Shown here: positions 53,249-64,000 of the stretch, piece after piece
Numbering within the stretch: position 1 is the first letter of the stretch
Layout: every line of letters begins with the position of its first letter
Origin: Camelus ferus
Lineage: Eukaryota
DNA length: 64,000 bases
Reading direction: 5' to 3'
Assembly: GCF_009834535.1 (NCBI RefSeq)
Contig: NC_045697.1
Location: 21,702,001 to 21,766,000, forward strand
Program-made: the position numbers and the translations under genes
The notes under the pieces: generated by a model
The model's input: the letters and a program-made list of their open reading frames with translations, nothing else
Database searches by the model: none
What the model was told of the DNA's origin: nothing

Positions 53249-54840
53249 TGGTCTTCTTCCTTCTTAAGAACCTTTAAGGAACGTGCAACTTTCTTTACGT
53301 GCCTGTAGTCCTGTTTGTCTCGTCCATGCCCCTGCTACAGAGCTCTCCTTCAGAGACTCTGCTGGAGGGAAGGGAGTTAGACCCAAATCAGTTCATTCAG
53401 ATTTTAAAGTTGCTAAAGGAGTAAAAGTCTAGTCAAAAAATGGTCCAAGTGGGTCTAAGCAAAAATGCTACTATTCCTCAAAAATGATATATATACCAGG
53501 ATGTTGTTGCCACATTATTTGCAATGGCAAAGAAAGAAAGGAAGAAAGGAAGCCAGCCTCAGGGGTGCTCATCAATAAAAAGCTATTTGAATTAAAAGTG
53601 TATGTTCAAACAGGAAATATTGTTCAAATTTTAAAATAATTAGGCAGAATTCTATATATTGGTACAGAATAATGCCTATGATAGACCACAAACTGGGGAA
53701 AAATAAGACAAAATAATACATATGATAAAATCTGGTGTGTGAACATAAGTGTTAATAATGGTGGGCAAAGAGTGAAGGAAAAATAGTTCTGTCAGTTACA
53801 CAGTCATTCTGTCAGTCAATCGATAAACATTACTTTCTGAGTACCTGGCACCTCTATTTAAAATGCATACGTTGTTATCAGTGATCAATTCAGACAAAAA
53901 ACCAAAAAAATAAATACACAAAAATACCTTCCCAACCTATTCCTGTCAAATGTATGGTGAATTTTATTTTACACATGACTGCATTTTTTTCCACATATTA
54001 CTTATGCAAATCTCATGACTCAAATGGCCCCCAGGACCTAAACCTGTCACACTGACCGACCCTACTCACTGCACAGCTATGTGCCTAATTTACATTAACA
54101 GGGATGACAAAGAAGATGACTCATAGTAAAGAATAGTTTTTGAATATCTCTTCTTTTATTTGGGTGGGAATCTTAATGTAATTCCCAAAGTAATTCCAGT
54201 ATCATTTCAGACAATAATGTGTTTTTTGATTATGTCACATTTGGCTGATCTCAGACAAATTCTGGTTTGTGGATTTTATTTTCTCATATTGAACACAAAC
54301 AGCATACACTTAGCAGTAGAAAAGGAATTTCAATAAAAAGTCCTATCCAAATATGGGATCTTTATGTTTTTTCGTCTTAAAAATATCAGCAGATAGAGAA
54401 ACACTCTTCTCAGTAATGAAGTCAAAACTGCTTAGTAAAATTTAATTAATATGCCATGCTTGGTGATATAACTTTGATCGGCTACACTTCATTGGTAACA
54501 CAGCAGTCACAGACATGTCAAAGGTTTAACTTGGTCAATTATTTGAAAAATTAGATATCAAGTTTATTATGATCGAGTGGCAAATTGATTTTCTATGATA
54601 TATGCAGGAGTGGGTTAGTTTCATAGGAAAACAGCTGGAATCATTGTAGAAATTAGCATTCTTTTTAAGATTTGTTTTTTTCTAGACCCTCTAAAAGAAG
54701 TTAATGCTTATCAAGTAAAGCCTTAGATTGTAGATGGAGGAATTTGATATTTACTGGGAAGTTCCACCCAGTAATAATTTCATGCTTCTCTTTGAGTGAT
54801 TCAGAGTACTTTACAGCAGTCAAGATATTATTTAATCTTA

Positions 54841-56727
54841 CAACCAGCATAGTACTCAATGGTGAAAAACTCAAAAGCTTCCCACTAAAATCTGGGACAA
54901 GACAAGGATGCCCACTATCACCACTCCTATTCAACATAGTCCTGGAAGTCCTAGCCACAGCAGTCAGGCAAGAGAAAGAAATAAAAGGGATCCAAATTGG
55001 AAAAGAAGAGGTAAAAGTGTCATTATATGCTGATGACATGTTACTATATATAGAAAACCCTAAAAGGTCCACACAAAAGCTACTAGAGCTGATTGAAGAA
55101 TTCAGCAAGGTAGCAGGTTACAAAATTAATGTTCAAAAATCAGTTGCATTTCTTTACACTAACGATAAATCAACAGAAGAAGAAAGTAAAGAAACAATCC
55201 CCTTTAAAATAGCACCCAAAGTAATAAAATTTCTGGGAATAAATCTAACCAAGGAGGTGAAAGAATTATACACAGAAAACTATAAACCATTGATGAAGGA
55301 AATTAAAGAAGACTTTAAAAAATGGAAAGATTCCATGCTCTTGGATTGGAAGAATCAATATTGTTAAAATGGTCACACTGCCCAAGGCAATCTACAGATT
55401 TAATACAGTCCCTATCCAATTACCCAGGACATATTTCACAGAACTAGAAAAAATCATAATAAAATTCATATGGAACCATCAAAGACCTAGAATTGCCAAA
55501 GCATTACTGAAGAGAAAGAAAGAGGCTGGAGGAATAACTCTCCCAGACTTCAGACAATACTATAGAGCTACAGTCATCAAGACAGCATGGTATTGGTACC
55601 AAAACAGACATATAGACCAATGGAACAGAATAGAGAGCCCAGAAATGAACCCACAAACTTTTGGTCAACTCATCTTTGACAAAGGAGGCAAGAATATACA
55701 TTGGAATAAAGACAGTCTCTTCAGCAAATGGTGTTGGGAAAACTGGACAGCAGCATGTAAAACAATGAAGCTAGAACACTCCCTTACACCATATACAAAA
55801 ATCAACTCAAAATGGATTAAAGACTTAAACATAAGACAAGATACAATAAACCTCCTAGAGGAAAACATAGGCAAAACATTATCTGACATACATTTAAAAA
55901 ATTTTCTCCTAGAAGAAATAAAAGCAAGAATAAACAAATGGGACCTAATGAAACTTACAAGCTTCTGCACAGCAAAGGAAACCAGAAATAAAACAAGAAG
56001 AAAACCTACGGAATGGGAGAAAATTTTTGCAAGTGAAACCGACAAAGGCTTGATCTCCAGAATATATAAGCAGCTCATACAACTCAATAAGAAAAAACTA
56101 AACAACCCAATCCAAAAATGGGCAGAAGACCTAAACAAGCAATTCTCCAAGGAAGACATATAAATGATCAAAAAGCACATGAAAAAATGCTCAATATCAC
56201 TAATTATCAGAGAAATGCAAATCAAAACTACAATGAGGTATCACCTCACACCAGTCAGAATGGCCGTCATTCAAAAATCCACAAATGACAAATGCTGGAG
56301 AGGCTGTGGAGAAAGGGGAACCCTCCTACACTGCTGGTGGGAATGCAGTTTGGTGCAGCCACTATGGAAAACAGCGTGGAGATTCCTCAAAAGACTAGGA
56401 ATAGACTTACCATATGACCCAGGAATCCCACTCCTGGGCTTGTATCCAGAAGGAAATCTACTTCAGGATGACACCTGCACCCCAATGTTCATAGCAGCAC
56501 TATTTACAATAGCCAAAACATGGAAACAGCCTAAATGTCCATCAACAGGTGACTGGATAAAGAAGAGGTGGTATATTTATACAATGGAATACTACTCAGC
56601 AATAAAAACCGACAACATAATGCCATTTGCAGCAACATGGATGCTCCTGGAGAATGTCATTTTAAGTGAAGTAAGCCAGAAAGAGAAAGAAAAATACCGT
56701 ATGAGATCGCTCATATGTGGAATCTAA
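54841..56727 (+). pseudogene. L1 ORF2p C-terminal half (RT + C-terminal Cys/His domain), disrupted
   Basis: [38 protein letters not shown] and terminal ICGI*; 2-nt deletion near 55330 and premature TAA at 56161-56163. Confidence 0.95.
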
Positions 56728-57072
56728 AAAACAAAAACAAAAACAAACAAACAAACAAAAACAAAGCGTAAATAAAGGACAGAAATAGACTCACAGACAG
56801 AGAATACAGACTTGTGGTTACCAGGGGGGTGGAGGTTGGGAAGGGATAGACTGGGATTTCAAAATTGTAGAATAGACTACACTGTATAGCACAGGGAAAT
56901 ATACACAAAATGTTATGATAACTCACAGAGAAAAAAATGTGACAATGAGTGTGTATATGTCCATGAATAACTGAAAAATTGTGCTGAACACTGGAATTTG
57001 ACACAATATTGTAAAATGATTATAAATCAATAAAAAATGTTAAAAACAAAAAACAAAAAAACAAAACAAAAA
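54841..57072 (+). mobile_element. Young 5'-truncated L1 (2.2 kb) with perfect 19-bp TSD
   Basis: TSD aagatattatttaatctta at 54822-54840 and 57073-57091; AATAAA at 57029-57034; A-rich tail; near-intact ORF2. Confidence 0.97.
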
Positions 57073-57204
57073 AAGATATTATTTAATCTTAATATAACAT
57101 AAAATCCTTTTTGGATCAGAAAAAAAAATGCTGACTTTAAAAGAAAAGGGTGAAAGTTTATGATAAGAAGCATACTTACAAAGTATAAAATGCTCATGTT
57201 TGAA

Positions 57205-57640
57205 ATAAGACTAAAATTGGAATTCAGACTCTAGTCTAATGGTTATGACTTAACCCATACCACTTAACCAGTGCTAGCTTCGATTCCCTCATCTGTAATG
57301 TAAGACTGAAATACATGAGATTAAATATACAATGTAATTAGGGAGAAGACTAAAATATTATAATAAAAATCACTAACAAATAAATACTACTGACTTGTCT
57401 CAGGAAATGTTCTAAGGACTTTCTACATATTACTGCTGGATATATATATATATATATATACCTATCATAACCTATCATACCTATCATATCCATATATATG
57501 TATGTATCTATCATATCCATATATATGTATGTATATATTTTCATTTTACAGATGAGGAAACTCAGGAACAGAGAGGTTAACCTATCAGACCAAGGTTACA
57601 CAGCTAAGAAATCAGAGAACCAGATCTGACTTTATAGAGC
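57205..57640. mobile_element. Two MIR fragments (about 57205-57340 +, about 57360-57640 -), the second containing a (TA)/(TATC) low-complexity tract
   Basis: cctcatctgtaatg on the + strand; cattttacagatgaggaaactcagg...agagaggttaa...caaggttacacagcta core. Confidence 0.7.
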
Positions 57641-58439
57641 CAAGAATAGTAAATTGCCTCTGAAAGAAGTCAGTGATCAGTAACTATTTAATTATCACCT
57701 TTGTGAAACTAAAAGACTATCTTCCTATAAATTAATCACAGAATTATAATATTAAAAAGCCATTTCTGATTTCTTTTATCAGATGGCACTATTTTGGGTA
57801 TATCCAGTTGTCAAATAAGAATTTATTTTTTTTTCTAACACAGAAACCAAGACTTGGCAGTTATTTGTGAAATCTGTGCAATACAAGATGGGAGAAAAGG
57901 AAAAAAAAAGGTAAAAATTAATAATGTTTTTGAACACATTGTTTTATAAATCCTTCAAGTCTACCATCTTTTATCGATGGAACACTAACATATTCATATC
58001 TTACAAAATGCTACTTTAATCAACATTACTCACATTATTTTCTACTCAGCTCAAAGAACTGTTTTCCTAATTTGACTGTTTGAACCCATGAAAATCATTA
58101 ATTAACTATCATACAGCCTTCTCTCTTTCAAGGTCTAGAATTCCTCTTCTCTCCTTTTCTTCAATTCTCATTATAGAGAATTAATTGCATGCCATCCCTT
58201 TGATTTCTTTCCAAGTCTTTTCCAGCTATCATTATTGGTCGTGTCCCATACTGGACACGGAACAAATGAAAAAGAATGCTTTTGCTACAGAATCAGGAGA
58301 TGATTTCAAGAAGCAAATCAGACTGAATTATTAAACCATAAAGGCTCTTGTAAAGAACAAATACCCTCATCTCCATCCGCCATCTTCTTCATAGTGTTTT
58401 CTTGCTCCGGTTTTGATATTCAAAGAATCTTTGCTCGTA

Positions 58440-58590
58440 TATTTATTTATTCACTTACACATTACTCACAGTAGATAGAGAATATTTATCATATATCAAG
58501 CACTGTCTTAGATCTGAGGTCACAGAGAAGTAACTGAAGGAGTTCCTGACCCTGAGGAACCTGGAATTCAGTGCAAGAGAAAGATGGGTA
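58440..58590 (-). mobile_element. L2 3' end
   Basis: tttattcac...atatcaagcactgtcttag...ttcctgaccctgaggaac. Confidence 0.5.
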
Positions 58591-61249
58591 GGAGATGATG
58601 TTTGTCTGATGACATATAAACCTCCATACTCCCCATCTCTTATTCCCCAAGGGAGTTAATAACATGTGCTCTCTAATTGCAAATGCTCAATTCTAAGTAA
58701 AGTAATAAACCATCAAAGGAGTTCAGAGAATCCATAAATGTACTTTCTGACTCTCTTATTGGGTAGCTTGTAGTACTATCACTATTCTGTTCATAGAATG
58801 TCTATTTTCCTACTTAATTGAATTTGCTGGCTATTTTTTTTTAACATTTTACTTCTTTAACAAATTCCAGTTAACCAGATGAAATACTTATTTTCAATTA
58901 TCTGCCCTAATATTTATGATAAATGGTTTCACAACATAAACTTTGATAACCTGGTAATATATGAAGTCATTTTGTTTTTAAATTATGAACTTAGTAAAAA
59001 AAGCATTTTGATTTATATAAATTTGCCAAACAAACATTTTAGAAATTAAAATACCTGGGTATATGCCAAAAATAATTTTACTTTTAGTCTGATTATAAAT
59101 TTTCTCATTAAAAATAATATATAAATCCAAATATGATATAAATTTAAACATATAAAACCCATAAAAACTAAAATATTGATGTATCTGCATTTTCTAATTT
59201 AAAAAGTATCCATGAGTATACCCAGATACTCTTTTATATATATATATGTGTGAAGATAGTCTAAACACTTTTTAGTGACCTGCTTTTTTCATTAAATGGT
59301 ATGTAATTGATATAGTTTCATTAATAATGAAATGTAGTAATAATGTCAATAAATAAAGGCTTTGTTTTATAGTATTCTATTATATGGATGCATGTAATTT
59401 ATAATCCTTAGTGGTTTGGCAATTACTTTGTTTATAGTTTTCCTATGCACAAATAACTTTCCTAAGGGGTAACTCCTTGCATTAGAATTGCTTTGAAATC
59501 TTTATCATGCACATTGCTAAACTATTCTCTTAAACAGTTGTACCAACTTGTAATTCCAGCTGCAGGTTTTCGATTGTTATTGTGTTTGATTAATAAGCAT
59601 ACAAGGACATACACACACGTATACAGTGACTACTTATAAGAAAATGCATATGTTTATGAATTGTTAAAACTTCCAGCACAACAGTGAACGGGTAAGATTG
59701 GTTTTGTTTCTTGACTAGTCGTATAAAGTCTGCATTAGACAACAGAATAAAATGGATCATGTACATGAAGTTACCAAAACGAAATCGTCTCCTTTCAGAA
59801 ACATGTACTACACTATTAATACGAAATTTTAAGAAAATGGAAGTAAATAAAATCTAATCCCAGAATCATTTTTTTTCTATCAAATAGCATTCAATTACTC
59901 TATGTGTCTTTAAGCAGCTCCAATTTAAAATAAAATCCATTTGTTTTCCTATGAGGGAAATAGAGATTAGTGTATCCATCATACAATTGCTTCTTCTTAT
60001 TCTAAAATATAGACTCTATTTCAAATCTCTCTTAATTCATATTCTTCATGTTACTTTATTCATGGCTGCAAGAACAAGTACCAAGAAAGAGAGAGCAGGC
60101 CCTTGCAAACAAAAACAAATTCATTAAACGCACTGCTTCAGTGTAAGGGAGCACCGTTGTTAGGCAACTAACTTCTAAAAAATTCGTAAAATAAAAGGAC
60201 ATCACCTTAGGAGATGATTTAAGTCGTCATAGCAACTACTATTTTAAAACCAAGTGTTAGTGCCCAGTGTTTCCTTTCTTCCTCCTGATTTAAGATTTGT
60301 AAAATCTTGTTGTCCTCTTTCCACAGCTTTTATTTTTATATCATAAAACTATAAATTTTAGGTGTGCCAAGCTGTCTCCAGTAGTCTTCCTGGCAATAGA
60401 CAGATATCACCATCATGAGGATGATGCTGATGGCATTATTTCCTCACAGATTTTGCAACCAGTACATTTAATATTTATTTGCAACTGAAAAGGTGCTTTG
60501 GAAATATCAGCTACCACAATAGAAATGGTGAAATATCTTTTAGAAGTTTAAGATTTTTAGTAGTTAGATGTTGGTTGTTTGTAAAGCCAGATTTACTGCT
60601 AATAATAATTTCAGCATTTGGTTTTCTGAGATTTATTTTTTTTTCCTTCCTCTTCCTTCTTCTTCTTTTTTAACAGTTTTCCTGCAGCAAATATTTCAGG
60701 CCTTTTCTGAGATTTTTATTCCTAATCTTAAAACAACAGTGATCCGTTAGTTACATACTGTGCTCTGTCTAGCGGGAGTTCAACCCCACTCAATATCCCT
60801 GACCCATTAAACCCCTCTAATAAATGAAGCTGAGGTCAAAAATATAGTTTCAATGCTCTAAAGTGAATTTTTGCTTCTGAGAGGTAAAAAAAAGTTAAAG
60901 TATATTTTGTGATTTCTCCTTCCTGACTTTTGGTATCTTCTTTAGATTGCGTTTCACTGGTCTGATCTTGTAGGACCCTATTCCTTAACATCTGGAGTCT
61001 CCCTCATCCCTCACAGGACTGCAAGGGACAAGGGAAGGACTAGGAGAAGAAGAAATGAAGTAGATAAATTAGTGTAACTACTCTGCATCTCAGGGAGAAG
61101 GACTTTTCCCATGTTTCACTATCCTAAGATTTGCCTCTCTACACCCTTTTACATGTCACAGAGTGAATAACAGGGGGGAACTTCACCCAGGTGCTGATTC
61201 CTTTTCTTCCACGACGCTGCCCCCCTCCCTTTTGGCAGGAGGGTGCCAG

Positions 61250-61520
61250 TTAAGTATTGAGCAAGGAAGTGCAATCCTAGATATTTTAATAAGCTTCAGC
61301 AAAGTCTTCAGGCATGGATTGGACATTACTTTCATTAGAGGATCTCTAAGTGATGATTCCAAAGGAGGACACATGGTGTGCAATGCTTGCTCATGGGGCT
61401 ACTGATGGACTGAAGCACTGGCTTAGGTCCTTTCCTGAGTGTTTTCCAGGTGGCAGAATGCACTGTGACAGGCAGTCAGGACGTGGTGCAGTGCGTCTCC
61501 AGCTCTTCAATATGGTGGCC
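61250..61520 (+). mobile_element. CR1/L3 RT remnant
   Basis: IEQGSAILDILISFSKVF...HGLDITFIR resembles the CR1 RT motif VDxGxAVDxxYLDFSKAF...GL. Confidence 0.45.
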
Positions 61521-62139
61521 CGGGTCCGAATCCTTCATGTTGGATCCAACTGATAACATCATTTTGGGTTCTAACAACTATCCTACTACCCTTTCGTAGT
61601 CTTTTCCTCTATTTTTCCAGGTAAGGTCACTCTACCTAGTCTTCTCTGGGGTCCAGATAGGTCTGGATCTTTTCATGACTACAGGACTTTCAATCTCATT
61701 CTGTACCACTATTCCATTTGGGGCTTTGCTTTTATTCTTTCGGGATTTTGTTTGTTTTGCTTGTTTGTTCTTTGAATTTTTTTGTTTGTTCATTTATTTC
61801 TGAGACTGTTTTTACTTCAAGTCTTAATGTTTTTGTTTCACAGAATTTCGTTTTCAAAACTGCTGTGTCTAGGAATGCTTGAAGAGCCTATCATGGCTAT
61901 CCTAAAAGCATCCTCATTCTTCAAGGAGAAATGCCTCCATCTGATTCAGGGAATGGTCACTGACAGAGAAATGAGCAAAGGAAAATAATACATGTGATCA
62001 TTTAAAATATTATCTTCATATAGTTGCTAAGCAGAGAGGAATCAAGAAGCCTTTTGTCTACAAAGGCCCATGAAATCCTTACAGTTGAGTTAATCCAGCT
62101 CAATTCACTGAGATGGGAAACCACTAAGACCAGTGGTTT

Positions 62140-62430
62140 AGGCTAGTATCTTCTTAAACACTTGCTTCTCAGGACATTGATGTTATTTTCAAGTAAAATA
62201 AAATAAAAAGCGAAGGTGTTGTTTTGTGAACCAACATTTGAGGAATGCAATGTTAAACAAGGCTTAATAGGTTCCAGTACCTAAGGTGTTAATATAAATG
62301 GAAATTTCCATTTATATTATAGATTTAATTAATAGGATTTCCCAAAAGAATTTTCCCTAAGAACCCTGTGTTCAGGGTTCATGCCTCTACCTGAGTCGCA
62401 CCTACATCATGCTTCTGTGGAAGAAAGATT
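62140..62430. mobile_element. MER103C-like hAT-Charlie element
   Basis: tttgaggaatgcaatgttaaacaagg...aggttcc...ttaatat...gatttcccaaa...agaaccct. Confidence 0.5.
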
Positions 62431-63049
62431 AAGGTATTAAACAGATATAAAATACGAGCTGTCATTTTGAGACATGCTGTTGTAAACTAATGAACAATGG
62501 ACAATTTCCAGAACATTTTCCTCTTCATGTCTTTCTCGGTAATTTGTACTCATGATCTCTTGGCTAAAGGTACAGAAATGTGGAATCCTTGCCCTCTCTT
62601 CATTATTCTATGTACCCACACATTTACTTAATGCTTAAATGAAAAGAAAAAAATTGAATATTAAATAGATATTAAATTGCAACATTAATTTTAGTTGTTA
62701 TGTAATCTGAAAAGTATTAACATGAAAATTATATAAAAAGATGTATGAATTTAGTTTCTATTTTGATGGAATAAACCAAAATCTATAGGATCTTATATGA
62801 AAAACACAAACTAAATAAACAATACAAAATATTTCACTCTTACTCTTCACCCCCTTAAGGCAATGATTTTACTGTGTTTAATATGCAAATACCTCTCATT
62901 TTTATGAATGCCTGCAAAATAGGTATGTGTATATAACAATTAAGGTGTAAGTATTATGTGTATATAATAATCTTAATGATTTATTAAAATATATACAAAA
63001 TATTACTAATTAAGAAATGCTGAATTATTTTCCCATATGAAGAGAGTTT

Positions 63050-63760
63050 TTAAATCACTATCTTTTATGAACCTTTTCTAATTTTGCTAATAACAGAAAT
63101 TAAGAAATACTGTTTTCTTTAATTCCATTTCTCTGATTACTAATTATTTGGACTATCTCTTAACATAATTGTTAGTTTTTGTATTTCCTTGTTTGTAAAT
63201 TGCCTGTTCATAATTTTTTCTATTTGTCCACTGAGACTGGTATCTTTTTAACTTTTATTTGCAGGAATAAATTGTTGATTCCAGATATTAATTCTTTCTT
63301 GGTTTCAAACATTGCAAATATTTTTTCCCACTCTGTAGCCCACCTATTATCTTTGTCTACAATATTCTTCATTTAGCAACAGTGATTAATCATATGAGAT
63401 AATTTAACCATTTTTTGCTTTGTGGCTTTTGTACATAAAATTTTTTAGATACTTTCCACCCCTAGGTCACAGAGATACTCTGCAATACTTCTTTTATAAA
63501 CTATGCATTTTATTTTTCACCATTTTGTGTTTAATTCATTCTAGGTCTATCTTTGTGTGAGATATTATGTGATGATTAAAATGTAATGTTTTTACATTTA
63601 ACTGGCGCTGAGAGTCTATTAGAAAGTGATATTTTCTAAACACTGTTTTCAATTCACATACAGCCTTGCGACAGTGTATACATAGAACCTGACCTCCAGA
63701 GAAGATCACTTTTAAAAGTCCTCTTCTTCCATATGTCAAAATTATTTTAATTAATACACT
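63050..63760 (-). mobile_element. Old L1 ORF2 3' remnant
   Basis: taattccatttctctgattactaat...aattgcctgttcata...ttgcaaatattttttcccactctgtag...ccctaggtcacagagatactc. Confidence 0.7.
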
Positions 63761-64000
63761 AAACAAGGATAATAACTGTTTCCTTGATTAGTCAATGAAC
63801 AATTAATAATTTTCAAAGAATAAATCTGTTTTTAAAATATTATTCAAATTTAGTGAAATATTGCTTGCATGAACTACAATTTGACATACCAAACAAAAAT
63901 ACCACACCATATATTTTGTATTCTGTTTTTCTGAGTTAAAATTTAAACACAAATAAAAACTTCAAGAGGTCACACAGAAAGATGAAATTAAAGTAAGAGA

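Noticed and set aside
54701..57004. Minus-strand ORFs of 65-186 aa
   Set aside because: Antisense shadows of the L1 ORF2/3'UTR.
58360..58395. YY1-like CCGCCATCTT / minus-strand MKKMADGDE start
   Set aside because: The frame closes after 24 codons, there is no CpG island or good acceptor, and it is a single motif.
1..64000. Short ORFs (60-140 aa) in the ORF track as host genes
   Set aside because: Many start at TTG/GTG, have low-complexity F/L/I/K composition, overlap repeats and show no recognisable domains; expected noise in AT-rich mammalian DNA.

Overview
Mammalian, AT-rich, CpG-depleted non-coding DNA (intergenic or deep intron). The host is very probably a camelid, judged by a tRNA-derived Vic-1-type SINE at 53076-53248 and cetartiodactyl-type L1 3' ends. 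I found no supportable host protein-coding exon, rRNA, tRNA or CRISPR array. The ORF track is noise except for the L1 ORF2 pieces (54.8-56.7 kb, 28.3-29.5 kb) and decayed retroelement reading frames. The window is dominated by transposable-element fossils: a young 5'-truncated L1 with a perfect 19-bp TSD, many older L1/L2/CR1/MIR fragments, MaLR/ERVL LTRs, three ERV1-type solo LTRs with 4-bp TSDs, a decayed ERV-L pol plus LTR, a three-level nested insertion, small hAT elements and microsatellites. I see no convincing new biological system. The most notable unexplained signals are a 112-nt hairpin whose arm transitions are all G-U compatible on the + strand (17611-17722), a perfect 30-bp palindrome (62290-62319), paired RFX X-box-like motifs (60156-60236) and a recursive-splice-site-like YAG|GTAAG (61620/61621). 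Repeat family names come from recalled consensus sequences, not a database search. Boundaries of old repeats are approximate.
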